The notes beneath the pieces were generated by a model. It searched no databases, had not been told where the DNA came from, and was given only the letters and a program-made list of their open reading frames with translations. A stretch of DNA of 64,000 bases from assembly GCA_051294375.1 (NCBI GenBank), contig CM119266.1, positions 10,931,834 through 10,995,833 on the forward strand, read 5' to 3'. Below, in pieces: positions 1 to 13,589 of the stretch. The first letter of the stretch is position 1. Each line of letters begins with the position of its first letter. The translations under genes were made by a program, and so were the position numbers. The DNA comes from Paraspadella gotoi (lineage: Eukaryota > Animalia > Chaetognatha).

Positions 1-181
1 AAAATAAACAAGAAAAAAAAAAGAAACAAGAAACAGCTGCGAAAACGAAACAAGAAAAAAAAAATCATGGTTCTCTTTTCACTGAGAAGGTTGTCACGGT
101 TTTGAAAAAGCTCACACCCCTCTTTGCTCCAATCACTTTGCTGCACTCCACCATCCCTCAAACTCCACCACCCCCACGGCC

Positions 182-1320
182 ATGGTCTCCGACACTGGCG
201 TCCGCGCGACCGAGACTTGGGTCCGCGAGCGCATCGAATTCCGTCGAGGCGATCCGGCCGACGTCCGCTCTTTAACCCTCAACGGGACATTCCAAGAGAA
301 GATCGTCCAACTCGACGACGCGTTGGTGTCCTTCGTCAACCTCCGCGCCCTCGACCTCTCACGCAACGCCCTCGTCAGCCTCGGCGGTCTCGATCATCTC
401 CTCCAGCTGGAGAAGCTCAACCTCTACTACAACAACATCGCCGAGTTCGAAGAGCTGGAGAGATTGAGGTCCAACCCGCGTCTCAAGGATCTCGACGTCC
501 GTCTCAACCCCATCTGCCGACAGGACTCGGACTTTCGCCTGCACCTGATCGGCACCCTGCGCGGCCTGCAACGCCTGGACGACAGGACGGTTCGAGAGAG
601 CGAGATCAAATTCGCGGCGTCGCAGTTCGGACGGAAGGAGGCGGAAGTCGACAACGCCAACGAATCCAGAGGCGCCCATTCGCCTCGAACAGTTCGTCGA
701 CAACTCGCTCAACAAAATCCTCAACGTCCTCCAAAAAATCCCCCGGAGTCTCGCGAGATCCTTCCCGCCAAATCCATCGGCTCCGAAGAGCAGGCCATCT
801 TGGACATGATCAGGGGAATGCACCTGCATACGGTGGAGCGGCCCGTCGAGGCGGCGCAGCGGTCGCCGTCTCGAGATGCTCGTCGACGCGACGCTGGCGT
901 CTCCAACGGGGACTCCCTCGGCCTACATCATGCTGGAGACGCCGACGAATCGGAAGGCGCCAGTAGCGGCGCCAGCGACGATACGTGGCGGGAAAAAGAA
1001 GGAGGAGGAGGAGGCGCTGAAATGTTGAAAAGTCTTCGTGCGGCGGTTGAGGCGGCGCGGCAGAAGGACGTCAAAGAAGAAAGAGACTCCAAAGGCGTCG
1101 TCGTCGACGATGCAATGGAAAGAAGACGCGACGCCGCTTCCGCCTCCGTCTCCGCCTCAACCCGATCCTTTGACCGTCGTGGCGTCGATCTCGACGCTTC
1201 CCCCAACCGCTCGTCCACGAGACCATCTCCGACAAAGGACTCGTCCACTTTGAGAGGATTTCAACGAGAACCGGAATTAGGTTACGAAGCTGGGGACAAG
1301 AATCAAAGCCTCTATTACAG
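182..1320 (+). CDS. CEP72: Exon 1 of a CEP72/LRRC36-family centrosomal protein (N-terminal leucine-rich repeats plus LRR cap, then low-complexity linker)
   Basis: Translation SLTLNGTFQEKIVQLDDALVSFVNLRALDLSRNALVSLGGLDHLLQLEKLNLYYNNI...DVRLNPICRQDSDFRLHLIGTLRGLQRLDDRTVRESE shows LxxLxLxxNxL repeats and an LRR cap and matches my recollection of the CEP72/LRRC36 N-terminus. GC-rich coding-like composition; ends at TACAG|GTAACA donor (phase 2). Orthology to CEP72 rather than LRRC36 needs a phylogeny. Confidence 0.88.
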
Positions 1321-1428
1321 GTAACAATGACAATAAAGAATTTTTGGTAAACTTTGTTAATGATAAATTTAGACTTTGTATATACTAAATTACTATTTAG
1401 CTTAACTTTAATGCTAAACTTCTCACAG
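1321..1428 (+). other. 108-bp GT-AG intron of the CEP72-like gene
   Basis: Starts GTAACA, ends TTCTCACAG, sharply AT-rich between two GC-rich blocks. Removing it joins AG+A (Arg) and puts exon 1 in the frame of the 1595-2638 ORF with no stop. Confidence 0.88.
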
Positions 1429-2638
1429 AGAACCTTCCTTCACCCGCAATCCAACCTCCACCAGCGCCGATTATTCCTCGAGACCGGAAATCGTCGGCGA
1501 CGCCGCTTCCCAATCGACTCTAACGGCGCCGCTGACTTCAACGCCGTCCCGCGCCCGCGCCAGCCTCTCTCCGGGTTCCACCCGGCGCCTCCTCTTGCCT
1601 CCGATCAGCGAGATCGACATCGATTTTGATCTTCGCGACGCCGGATCCAAAACCGGCGCTGATTTCAGAACCGGCGCCAGGAGAAGCGCGCCGGAAGGGT
1701 TAGGCCGAGGTCCGGATGGATTTAGCGGAGCGCCGAGAGGTGGAGACGAGGACGGACTCGTGGCGAAGGCGAAGAAGATGCTGATGGATCAGGAAAGAGC
1801 GGAAACGCGAGACGAGGGTGTCGGCTTCGGCGTCGAAATCGGCGTCACTCCGCCCGCCCGAAACGCCTCGTCCGCCGCCAAAAACGCCCGCGACGCTTCT
1901 CCCTCTCTCCGCTCCGAAGAGACGCGTGTCAAGGCCGTCGAGACTTTGGCCTCCGTCGCCGCCGTCGTCGAAGAGGCCACGCCCAGTAAGGAACTCGCCC
2001 CTCTATCTCCCTTACCCCCCGCTCCGCTCCCCAACCCCCCAGATTTCTCCCCCCTCTTTCCCAAACTCCTCGACGCCGTCGACAAATACTGGAACGGATT
2101 CTCTTCCCTCCATCGCCACTCGCGATTCCTCTCTCTGGCGACGAAAGAATTGACGGAATTTTGGCGCCGCTCCCCCGAGGGGCGCGGCGTCGAAGACGCG
2201 GCCAAGGCGGCGAGATGGGAGGACGTACGGCGTCGTCTGGCGGCGGCGGAGGGCGCCGCGAGTTCGTTGAGGGCGGAGAATGCCGGGCTTCGGGCGACGG
2301 CGGAAGAGGCGGAGAGAAAGGCGGCGTCGGCGGCGTCGGCGGCGCGAGCGGACGGCGAAGCGGAAGCGGGCGAGTGGCGGAGGAGATTCGAAGAGGCGGA
2401 ACGAGAAGCAGCTGCGTTGCGCGGCGCTGCTGGTGCGAGAGGCGGAGGGGGAGACGCTGAAGCAGCGCGGCGAGAGAACGAGGGGTTGCGTCGAGATTTA
2501 GAGGAGACGAGGATTCGCCTCAAACATTTCGTCCAGATGCAAGAGTTGACGTCGATGCTGCAAGAGAGTCATCGAGCGTTGGTGCAGACCAACGACCATC
2601 TGCTGACAGAGTTGAGGGAGTTGAAGAGAAGGAACTGA
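1429..2638 (+). CDS. CEP72: Exon 2 of the CEP72/LRRC36-family gene (conserved helical motif and C-terminal coiled coil)
   Basis: Open from 1430 (EPSFTRNPTS...) to TGA at 2636-2638. Contains LLDAVDKYWNGFSSLHRHSRFL and QMQELTSMLQESHRALVQTNDHLLTEL, both recognisable CEP72/LRRC36 motifs. Spliced CDS is 2349 nt = 782 aa plus stop. Confidence 0.88.
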
Positions 2639-5600
2639 AGTCGTTGTTGATGTTGTATGCCGATGGTTGTCATTTTTGTACATATACAACAGGGTTTTTC
2701 TTTATCGTTCTATAAATATTATGATGGATTTCATTTACAAATATTTATTTTCATTTCCTCGTTGATTTTGTCCTCGATTTGGATTCATATAAATGAAAGG
2801 AATATATTACAAACTACAGATATTTTTTTTTCTTTTTTTTTTTTTTGCTAATATTTGAAAGAAAACTGATAACGTCAACGTTCGCTAATCACGGATTTGA
2901 ATCGAAATCCTCTTAAAAATCTAGAAGATTTTAGTCCTGAAACAAAGTAACTGTAGACAACTGTTCAACCGTTCAACTCTCATCAGTGAGAACAGATTTT
3001 CACGAAGGGGAAAAAAAAATATTATCGACTTTTCTCTTCCTCATCCTTTTTTTTTCTTTTTCTTCTTTTTTATCCTTATTTTTTCCTTTTTTTTTCTGCT
3101 CGTTCCTCATTCTCGCTTCCCTCATAAATTTGTAAATCTCCGCGACTTTTTTCATGAAAAGCGAAAACTTCCCCCAAATGAGGCGCCGACGCTTCAGCTG
3201 ATTCCTTGTTTACCTCGTTTCCGAGAAGTCGGGGGTAATCGTAGTAGGGGTAAAATAATGAGGAAAATCGTAACGGAAATGCGTATAAAACATAGGTTAC
3301 TCTCTGGAACTGACATGAATGAAAAGGGGGCGAAATTTAATTTCAATTTTTTTTTAGTTAGTTGGTGGAAAAAAAGGGAGAAAATTTTTTTTTGGAATTC
3401 TCGATGCAAGGAGTTGATGGTGTGTGGTGTGTGTCGGTGAGAGAGGAGAGAAGATGAGAGAGAGATGAGATCAGAGACGAGAGAGAGACGAGAGGAGAGG
3501 AGAGGAGAGCAGGGAGAGATAGAGAGAGAAGAGAGAGCATGAAGATTTTTTTTTTTTTTTTTTTGTTTTTTGATTTATTATGCATCATAAGATGTGAATG
3601 TTTAAGCACAGTAACAATGTAAGCAGTAATGAGCCGTTACAATACATGTATTTAACACATTTTATAAGAAATGTAAATAATTTAACAAAAACAAGAGAGC
3701 AGAGAGACGACTGAGAGACTCGGAGGAGAGAGAGAGAGACGAGAGAATGAGAGATCGAGGAGAGAGACAAGACAGAGAGAGAGAAGAGAGAGAGATGAGA
3801 GAGAGACTCGACGAGAGAAGAGCAAACTCGAGAAAATGAGGAAACTCAGGAGTGAGAGAGAGGCAAGATAACGCAGCTGGAAATGGCAAACTGCTTTAAG
3901 CTAAAAAAAACCTTTATTTTTAACCGAAACGAGCTACCTCCTCGTTGGCGTCGTCATCATCGTCGTCGTATTCGTCGTCATCGTCGTCGTCTTCGGCGTT
4001 AGTTTTCTCATTCGACGTTGCCGGAGGTTAAAAAACTGGAGTATGTCGAGATTGCGAGATTCGCTTGGCCGACCGAACGCCACTCTCTCTCCCTCTTTTC
4101 CTCTTTCCGACTCACTCCATCTCCCTCTCGGTCCTGGAATTTTTTTTTTCAATTTTATTTCTCAAGACGGAATTGAATCGGCAGTTCCGCAGCTGGCGAG
4201 ACCGGAACTCGTGCCACCAAAAAATATCTTCAGATCGACGCCCAAATTTTAGTTTTTCTCTCCCGCGCTTTTTTTTAAACTGTTCATTTGTTTTTGTTTC
4301 CAAAAATAGCAACAAAAAATGGTATGCGCAAATGCCGTTCGTTTGTTAATAGACTTACTTTGCGTCAAAATATAGCGTTACATTATCGTTTTTTTAAAAC
4401 AACGAGAAAACGGAATAAAAATTAGTTTCTCACCTGATGTTGATAGGGAGTTGATTGAACAGCAGAAAAAAAGGGGGGAAAAAAAGAAAGAAAATTAGTG
4501 ATCATACGGAGATTTATCAAAAATTAAGATTCAAACCGTCATTACTTATTGACTGCTTGCATCAACGTTATTACGCCATTAAGCTGCCATGACCACTTCC
4601 TTCAACGACTGCAATACCGCCATCATTACTTATTCAACATTGCCATCACCTCATTCAGCCATCTACTTAATCATCCTCATTGCCATAAAAGCATTCTCCC
4701 TCTCCCACGCTGCTGCCGTTGCAGCCGCTGCCGCTGCTGCTTTAAACTCGACAGCTTTTCGAGCCCTCTCCCCCCGGATGTTTCGTATCTCGAGTCTCCA
4801 CGCCCACTCGAAGGCGAAACTTCCGGCGGATCTCGGATCCCGTTTCATGCGCCATTTGTGACGAGCGGCCGATAAACAAACTATAAATAAACAGTAAATA
4901 AGCGGAGNNNNNNNNNNNNNNNNNNNNNNNNNNNNNNNNNNNNNNNNNNNNNNNNNNNNNNNNNNNNNNNNNNNNNNNNNNNNNNNNNNNNNNNNNNNNN
5001 NNNNNNNNNNNNNNNNNNNNNNNNNNNNNNNNNNNNNNNNNNNNNNNNNNNNNNNNNNNNNNNNNNNNNNNNNNNNNNNNNNNNNNNNNNNNNNNNNNNN
5101 NNNNNNNNNNNNNNNNNNNNNNNNNNNNNNNNNNNNNNNNNNNNNNNNNNNNNNNNNNNNNNNNNNNNNNNNNNNNNNNNNNNNNNNNNNNNNNNNNNNN
5201 NNNNNNNNNNNNNNNNNNNNNNNNNNNNNNNNNNNNNNNNNNNNNNNNNNNNNNNNNNNNNNNNNNNNNNNNNNNNNNNNNNNNNNNNNNNNNNNNNNNN
5301 NNNNNNNNNNNNNNNNNNNNNNNNNNNNNNNNNNNNNNNNNNNNNNNNNNNNNNNNNNNNNNNNNNNNNNNNNNNNNNNNNNNNNNNNNNNNNNNNNNNN
5401 NNNNNNNNNNNNNNNNNNNNNNNNNNNNNNNNNNNNNNNNNNNNNNNNNNNNNNNNNNNNNNNNNNNNNNNNNNNNNNNNNNNNNNNNNNNNNNNNNNNN
5501 NNNNNNNNNNNNNNNNNNNNNNNNNNNNNNNNNNNNNNNNNNNNNNNNNNNNNNNNNNNNNNNNNNNNNNNNNNNNNNNNNNNNNNNNNNNNNNNNNNNN

Positions 5601-7093
5601 NNNNNNNNNNNNNNNNNNNNNNNNNNNNNNNNNNNNNNNNNNNNNNNNNNNNNNNNNNNNNNNNNNNNNNNNNNNNNNNNNNNNNNNNNNNNNNNNNNNN
5701 NNNNNNNNNNNNNNNNNNNNNNNNNNNNNNNNNNNNNNNNNNNNNNNNNNNNNNNNNNNNNNNNNNNNNNNNNNNNNNNNNNNNNNNNNNNNNNNNNNNN
5801 NNNNNNNAGTCCGTAACTGCATTCGGCGAAGTTGAGAGAGGCAGGGATAAGACCTCCGTTTCGATAATAATTGAAATTTTAACTATTTGTTTTTATTTTG
5901 AGTGATTACGTTCATCTTCGAGTAGTTATTGCACTTATAATTGAACTTCCATATTAAAGATTATATTCTTGCATCATCATTGTGTCATCATTTTGACATT
6001 ATTGTGTCTGTCTGTCATATATTGTTTAAATGTTTATTTGTCAAATGCACAAGTTTGTGCGAACTTCAAATATATCCTTCAAGGTTGTACACAATTATTC
6101 CGTCTCTTCCGATAAGGGGAGGACCCGAGGTCCTGGGTGGAAAGACCTGGGAGAAGAGGGGGTAAGACAGGGGAAGGAGAGGGGTAAGACCCCCACCATC
6201 TCCCCCGCAGCTCCCGGGAGGATTTTACAGAGTCGTCGACGGCCGGGGTCCCTTTAGATCGGGTGGGTGGGAAAGAAGGAAAGTTGTTGAGGGTAAGGTT
6301 GAAGGGTGAGGAGTGAGGCCGTCGAAGATTGAAGAAGCTTCGATCGCGCGGAGTTCGAAGCTAAACAATTTTTTTTCACTTGAACTTGGACTAATATGAT
6401 AAACTGTATTGTGAGAGAGTGTTGATTGAAAGCTTGCAGAGTCCTCCTATGTTATTATCTTGTAAGAGCGAGACCTTGTCCATGTCTAGTGTCCCAAGTC
6501 AGGGACAAGATAACTTAAATTAATTAGCTTAATCAATAATTATTGAAAGAATCGATAATTTTTAAATTGGTTGTACCGATTTCATATCTCTCTTAACGGA
6601 GACCTTACTCCGCATCGATGAATCTAAATCTAAATCTAAATCCCTAACACATTCCGATCCAGCAGACTTTCTCCACACAGCTCTCCCCACACATACTTTT
6701 CCCCCCACACACGACCCCACACCCAATTTTCCTTCAACAAAAGCCGCGCTCGCTAGAATCCGGGTTCAAAGCCTCGACTTTTGGTCGAAACAGAATTTCA
6801 AAGAATCGTTTCCATTCTTTTCGATGGAGGAAAGGAAAGTTTTTAGGGAGGAAAAGGAAGGAAGGAGAAAAAGGAAATAAAAAAAATGGAAAGGAAGATA
6901 GGAGCGTCTGAGAAAGAAAAGCGTTTGAGTAAATAAAGAAGAGTAAAAAGGAAATGTTGAAAAAAAAGTAACGGAGTTTAAATGAAAAAAGGCAACAAAG
7001 TGAAAAAGGAGAAAAAAAAGGCGGAAATAAAATCGGAATGAATAGAAGATAAAAGAGGAAGTATAAAACAGATGATAATCGTATATCAATTAA

Positions 7094-7141
<48 letters not shown>

Positions 7142-9844
7142 GCCATGACCGATTCGCGTCTTGGCGTCTTGGTTCCATTCCTGCCATCGTTAACTTTGAT
7201 GATCTCTTCCCCCAATTTTTTTCTCTCTTTTCGCCCGAAACCGAAATTTAACCCAATTTTCTCTCGTCCCTTCTGTCGGCGCGCTTAAGAAATTACTACC
7301 GCCGCCATCTTTGGGCCACGGAAATAAACTGGGGGAAAATAAAAGAACAGAAAGAGGAGAGAAATAATCGGCGGGAGTGAGAGGGAGACGTTAGTGTGTC
7401 GCGAAATTTGTCTTCGTTCGTATTTGTAGATTTGGAGAAAATATCGAATTAAAGAAAATGAATGTTGTAAAAATAAATAAAAAAGATATAAACGAATGAA
7501 AACGATAGAAAGATAAAGAGAAAGAAAGAAAGAAAAAACGAAAAAACAGGACGAAAGCCAGAAAAAAGAAAAAAAAAGANNNNNNNNNNNNNNNNNNNNN
7601 NNNNNNNNNNNNNNNNNNNNNNNNNNNNNNNNNNNNNNNNNNNNNNNNNNNNNNNNNNNNNNNNNNNNNNNNNNNNNNNNNNNNNNNNNNNNNNNNNNNN
7701 NNNNNNNNNNNNNNNNNNNNNNNNNNNNNNNNNNNNNNNNNNNNNNNNNNNNNNNNNNNNNNNNNNNNNNNNNNNNNNNNNNNNNNNAGAGAGGCTGCAA
7801 AAAGGGAATCAAACATGCCCCGAGGAAACGTTTCATTTCGGGTGTCAACAAACAGATTGATGATGGTCATGATGAAGAGGAGGAAAAATTGGATCGGACC
7901 CGAAAAAAAGGGGGGGGAGAAAGGAAAGGGAGGAGAAGAGAGGAAAAGAAAAAAAGGAAAGGGAGAGGAAGGAACTAGATCAAGAGAGGAAGGTAGAAGA
8001 AGAATGATGATAAGCACGCGAAGTTGATGGAGAGAAATAGGAAACGATTAGGGTATGAACGTTGACGGCGGAAGTAGGCAGGAAGGGAGAACCGAAAAAA
8101 AAAAGTGGAATGAAAGAAAAGAGAAGGAGAAATTAGAAGAAGATTAAAAAGGAGAGAAGGAGTTGGAGGTGAAGAGGTGATTAATCGAAAGCAGACGAAG
8201 ACGATTAGAAGGAAAGCGACATCTTAAGTCAACGAAGATTCGAGGTTAAAACTCGGAAATAGAAATCAAACTTGGAGAAAACAAAACGACAACGGTTGTT
8301 AGAGAAAAGAAAAGGGAGTTAAAATTTAGGTATTATGTAGACGTTGCCAATGATATATATATAAGTTATACAAGGGAAGGTAAACAAAAGAGTCTGTATT
8401 ATAGATTGTCACAACGAACGAACACGATAGAAATAAATAAAATGGGCGACATCTTCTCTGTTTCCTTTTCCGCTTACTCCCTCCACTCCCTTTCTCCTCT
8501 CCCTCTTCCTTCTCCACCTCGCGTCGTTCTCCAATTCGCGTCTTGATGGCGGACGTAAACGAGTTGTTTTGTAGNNNNNNNNNNNNNNNNNNNNNNNNNN
8601 NNNNNNNNNNNNNNNNNNNNNNNNNNNNNNNNNNNNNNNNNNNNNNNNNNNNNNNNNNNNNNNNNNNNNNNNNNNNNNNNNNNNGAGAGAGAGAGAGTTG
8701 AGATAGTGATAGAAAATGCAAACTCTCAACAAAAAAATCCATAAAAAATACCGCGAAATTTTTTTTCTTTCCAATTTATTTCCTTTCAGCTTTTAACCGC
8801 TTATCACCAAGTGGCAAAAACGACGATGACGACGACGACGACGACGACGAGGACGACGTCTGACGACCATTGACGTCGGCGCTGAAGCGTCACGCGTCAT
8901 CATCACCCGTCGCGCGCCGTCGACAAGAGACGAAGGAAAAAAAAAGAATAGAATAATAATTTAACAATTTATAAACCGAACAAAAGAAAATCAGTTGTTT
9001 TTTTTTTTTTTAAAGTTAATAATCATAAATTGAGTCGATTCTTTTTCCGCCAAAAATTCCGGTTACGGGGGAAAAAGTGACGGCGACGACGATGAAGACG
9101 ACGACGATGAAGACGACGACGATGATAACGACGATGACGACGACGAAATCGATGATGACGTCGACGACGAAAAGTCCCATAAAATCGCGCGGGAAAATGC
9201 GATCGTCGGAGCGAAATCGATGGAGCGAGAAGAGTGACAGAAGAAGGTGGAGGGGAGTGATGGCGTGGAGTGGCGGGGAGGTTAGGAGGGGAGTGAGGGA
9301 GTGGAGGGTGGAGTGACACGGGTGACAAACGAGACGCCGGTGAGGCAACTCTTGTACCGGAATGGAGAAAAGGTAAGGGATAAGAAAAAAGAACGTGTGG
9401 TGAAAGGTAAGTAAATTATGTAAGTTTAACAAAAACAAAAGAAAATGAAATCTGAAAGATGAACAAATGTAAAAAAAAAAACAACAAAATAAACAAATAA
9501 GAAAAGGAAATTCGATGGCGACGCCGCAATTTTGCGTCGCCCAACGGAACTCCCGAATTTCCTCCCGATCGGCTTCGACGATCGGATTCTTTACGATCTT
9601 AACGCGAATCGTAAAATCTGGCGACAAACTCGTACGAGGGAGATTGAAACGACTGCTTACCAGTTTGCAAGCACCTTCGTCCACACCACGCGAATTCGAG
9701 GGAGATCGGAGTCTCTCTCTCTCTCTCTCTCTNNNNNNNNNNNNNNNNNNNNNNNNNCCTCCGTCTTCTTCTCATCTCTCGCTCTCTCTCCCATCTCCTT
9801 CTCTTCTCTCTCTCTTCTCCTCCACGGCTTTCTCCCGCCAATTT

Positions 9845-12770
9845 CGCGCGGGAGAAAAATTATGGGTTTTTTCCTCAAACATAAATTCAATCGCGGGTCC
9901 GGCGCGGTTTTATTAGCATTTTAAACTTTGATATTTTCCTTTTTTACCGAAACATTTCTTTTTCCCTTCGCTAAGACGGGCAAGCAGCCCGCCGCCGCCG
10001 CTGCAGTGACAACGCGCGCAGCCTGTGCGCTGCCGGCTGAGCCGCTGCTGTTGTCGATCTGCTCCCGGGCGGCCTTCGATGAAGGATCCCCCGCCTGAGC
10101 GACCGGGAGACTTTTTTTATGAACATGTACTAAGCGAAAGGATTTTTTTCAGAAGAGAGAGCGAGTTTAGTTAAAAAGACTAGTGAAATAGAGCACGACG
10201 GCAAATTATTTTGCAAAATAATGATTTTTTTGATCGAATGCCAAGTAGGAGAAATAAAAATATATAAAAAAATTCTGGCGGACGAAAAACAATGAACAGC
10301 AAATAACATGTGAGAAAACGTGAGAGAGAGACGAGAGAGAGAGAGAGAGACGAGAGAGAGAGCAGAGAGAGAGAGAGAGAGAGGAGAGAGGGGAGAGAGA
10401 GGCCAATGAGTGAGAGAAAAGATATGAAAGAAGGTGAGGCGAGAAGAGAGAGAGAAGAGAGAAGAAAGAGAAGGAGCAGAGAGGAGAGAGGAGAGAGAGA
10501 GAGAGAGAGAGAGAGATGGCGTTTAATTGCCAGCCGCAAACCGAAAAGACAAAATACTGGCGGTTGACTACCTTAAATCGGAACTGACAATCAAAAGGAG
10601 ATTTAAAAATTGAGGGCAGAATAGGAACGGGACACGACGGAACGGACGCGCGGAGAACACTCGACGACGAGGCGCCAAAATGTATGATTCATCAAGGTTT
10701 GTCCCGGGGGGACGGAATCAAACATTCCGTTGCATCTTCTTCCTGGTTGTTTTAAATGGCGGGCGGAGACCAACGGGGCAGGAGAAAGAAGAGGAAAGTT
10801 CTCTCCCCCTTCTTCTTTTCTTTTCTTTCTTTTTCTTCTTTCTCTCTTTTTATTATTTTCTTTTTTCTTTCTATTTATGTCTTCTCCATTATTCTCCTTT
10901 CCTTTTCCGGTCTCCCTCTTTTTCTATTCGTTATTTGAAATATCTGAAATTTTTTTTTTCTTAATATGTATCAGTCAATTCCTTTGTTGACTTTAAATTA
11001 TATCTCAACAATTTCATACAATCGATTCACGTTATTTAGTTATCTTAGAAATGTTTTAAATTAGCCTTTTTCGTTATATATCACCTTCGGGAGAAATAAG
11101 ATCGTAAAACGTAAAGTTTCGTTTTAAAAAAGGGCGAATGTAACTTAAAAGAAGATAGAACCTGGCTTGTGAAAACAAGAAAAAAAGCTGTTTGTAAAAG
11201 TAAAATGTTAAAAAAAAAAAAAAAATGAACATAAAGCAGTAGTGGAGGAAACTTCTCTTCTCTTCTTCTCTCTCTCCCTCTCTTCTCTCTCTTCTCTCTC
11301 TCTCCGCGCGGGGAGAAAAATTATGGGTTTTTCAAACATAAATTCAATCGCGGGTCGGCGCGGTTTTTATTAGCAATTTTACTTTGATATTTTCTTTTTC
11401 CGAAACATTTTCTTTTTCCCTTCGCTACGCAGCAGCCCGCCGCCGCCGCTGCAGTGACAACCGACGCAGCCTGTGCCGCTGCCGCTGCCGCTGCTGTTGT
11501 CGATCCTGCTCCCGACGCGGCCTTCGATGCAAGGATCCCCCGCTGAGCGAAAGGGAGACTTTTTTATGAACATTAACTACGAAAGGATTTTTTTCAGAAA
11601 GAGAGAGCGAGTTAGTTAATAAAGATAGTGAAATAGAGACGACGCAAAATATTTTGCAAAATAATGATTTTGATCGAAATGCCAAATAGGGAAATAAAAA
11701 AATTATATTAAAAAAATTTGGGACGAAAAACAATGAACANNNNNNNNNNNNNNNNNNNNNNNNNGCAAATAACATGTGAGAAAACGTGAGAGAGAGACGA
11801 GAGAGAGAGAGAGAGACGAGAGAGAGAGCAGAGAGAGAGAGAGAGAGAGGAGAGAGGGGAGAGAGAGGCCAATGAGTGAGAGAAAAGATATGAAAGAAGG
11901 TGAGGCGAGAAGAGAGAGAGAAGAGAGAAGAAAGAGAAGGAGCAGAGAGGAGAGAGGAGAGAGAGAGAGAGAGAGAGAGAGATGGCGTTTAATTGCCAGC
12001 CGCAAACCGAAAAGACAAAATACTGGCGGTTGACTACCTTAAATCGGAACTGACAATCAAAAGGAGATTTAAAAATTGAGGGCAGAATAGGAACGGGACA
12101 CGACGGAACGGACGCGCGGAGAACACTCGACGACGAGGCGCCAAAATGTATGATTCATCAAGGTTTGTCCCGGGGGGACGGAATCAAACATTCCGTTGCA
12201 TCTTCTTCCTGGTTGTTTTAAATGGCGGGCGGAGACCAACGGGGCAGGAGAAAGAAGAGGAAAGTTCTCTCCCCCTTCTTCTTTTCTTTTCTTTCTTTTT
12301 CTTCTTTCTCTCTTTTTATTATTTTCTTTTTTCTTTCTATTTATGTCTTCTCCATTATTCTCCTTTCCTTTTCCGGTCTCCCTCTTTTTCTATTCGTTAT
12401 TTGAAATATCTGAAATTTTTTTTTTCTTAATATGTATCAGTCAATTCCTTTGTTGACTTTAAATTATATCTCAACAATTTCATACAATCGATTCACGTTA
12501 TTTAGTTATCTTAGAAATGTTTTAAATTAGCCTTTTTCGTTATATATCACCTTCGGGAGAAATAAGATCGTAAAACGTAAAGTTTCGTTTTAAAAAAGGG
12601 CGAATGTAACTTAAAAGAAGATAGAACCTGGCTTGTGAAAACAAGAAAAAAAGCTGTTTGTAAAAGTAAAATGTTAAAAAAAAAAAAAAAATGAACATAA
12701 AGCAGTAGTGGAGGAAACTTCTCTTCTCTTCTTCTCTCTCTCCCTCTCTTCTCTCTCTTCTCTCTCTCTC
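9845..12770. repeat. Tandem duplication, period about 1,466 bp (probable assembly artefact)
   Basis: 10299-11304 reads identically to 11765-12770 (identical ORFs offset by 1466). 9845-10298 matches 11305-11739 with many indels. A 25-N gap (11740-11764) lies at the boundary between the noisy and exact parts. Confidence 0.9.
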
Positions 12771-13554
12771 AGAGAGAGAGAGAGAGAGAGAAAGAGAAAG
12801 AAAAGAGTTCCTCCCTACCCTACTTTGTTCATTTTTTTAAACCATTTCTTTTACAACAGCCTTTTTCTTCTGTTTCAGCCAGGTTCATACTTCTTTTAAG
12901 TTACATCCCTTTTTTAAACTCCTTTTTCGATTACATCCCTTTCTCTCTTTTCCTATGGATTCCAGATTTCGCTCTTTTCTGTTTTGCTAATCTTTTGACT
13001 TTTCAAACGACACGGGAACTCGTTCCACCCGCGTGTTTTTCCCATTTTCTCGCTAAACCTTATTTATTCATCTCATTTTGCGCGAAACTTTACGTTTACG
13101 ATCTTATTTCTCCGAAGGTCGATATATAACCGGAAAAAAGGCTAATTTAAAACATTTCTAAGATTCAAACTAAATAACGTGAATCGATTGTATGAAAAAT
13201 TGTGTTAGAGATATAAGTTTAAAGTCAAAAGGAATTGACTGATACACATATAAAAGGAAAAAAAAAATTTCAGACATATATTTTCAAATAAACGAATAGA
13301 AAAAAAAAAGAAGGGAGACGAAAGGAAAGGAGGAATATGGAAAAAGCATAAAAAATAGAAAAGAAAAAAAGAAAATAATAAAAAAGAGAGAAGAAGAAAA
13401 AAGAAAAGAAAAGAAAAGAAAGAAGGGGAGAGACTTTCCTCTTCTTTCTCCTCGCCCGTGGGTCTCGCCCCATTTTTACAACCAGGAAGAAGATGCAAAC
13501 GAAGTTTTGATTCGTCCCCCGGGACAACTGATGACATCATACATTTCTTGGGCG

Positions 13555-13589
<35 letters not shown>

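Noticed and set aside
124-2523. Overlapping and antisense ORFs (124-966 +, 359-829 -, 1789-2523 - and others)
   Set aside because: Shadow frames of the GC-rich CEP72-like exons; no recognisable domains.
2930-3000. CTGATGA on the minus strand as a possible hammerhead ribozyme core
   Set aside because: No stem II followed by GAAA and no matching cleavage-site helix.
4589-4861. 90-aa ORF with a poly-Ala run
   Set aside because: Driven by a (GCT/GCC)n repeat; no homology or splice support.
4881-5822. Long ORFs spanning N-runs (also near 13.6, 27.3, 33.1, 51.6 and 62.5 kb)
   Set aside because: Open only because N codons contain no stops.
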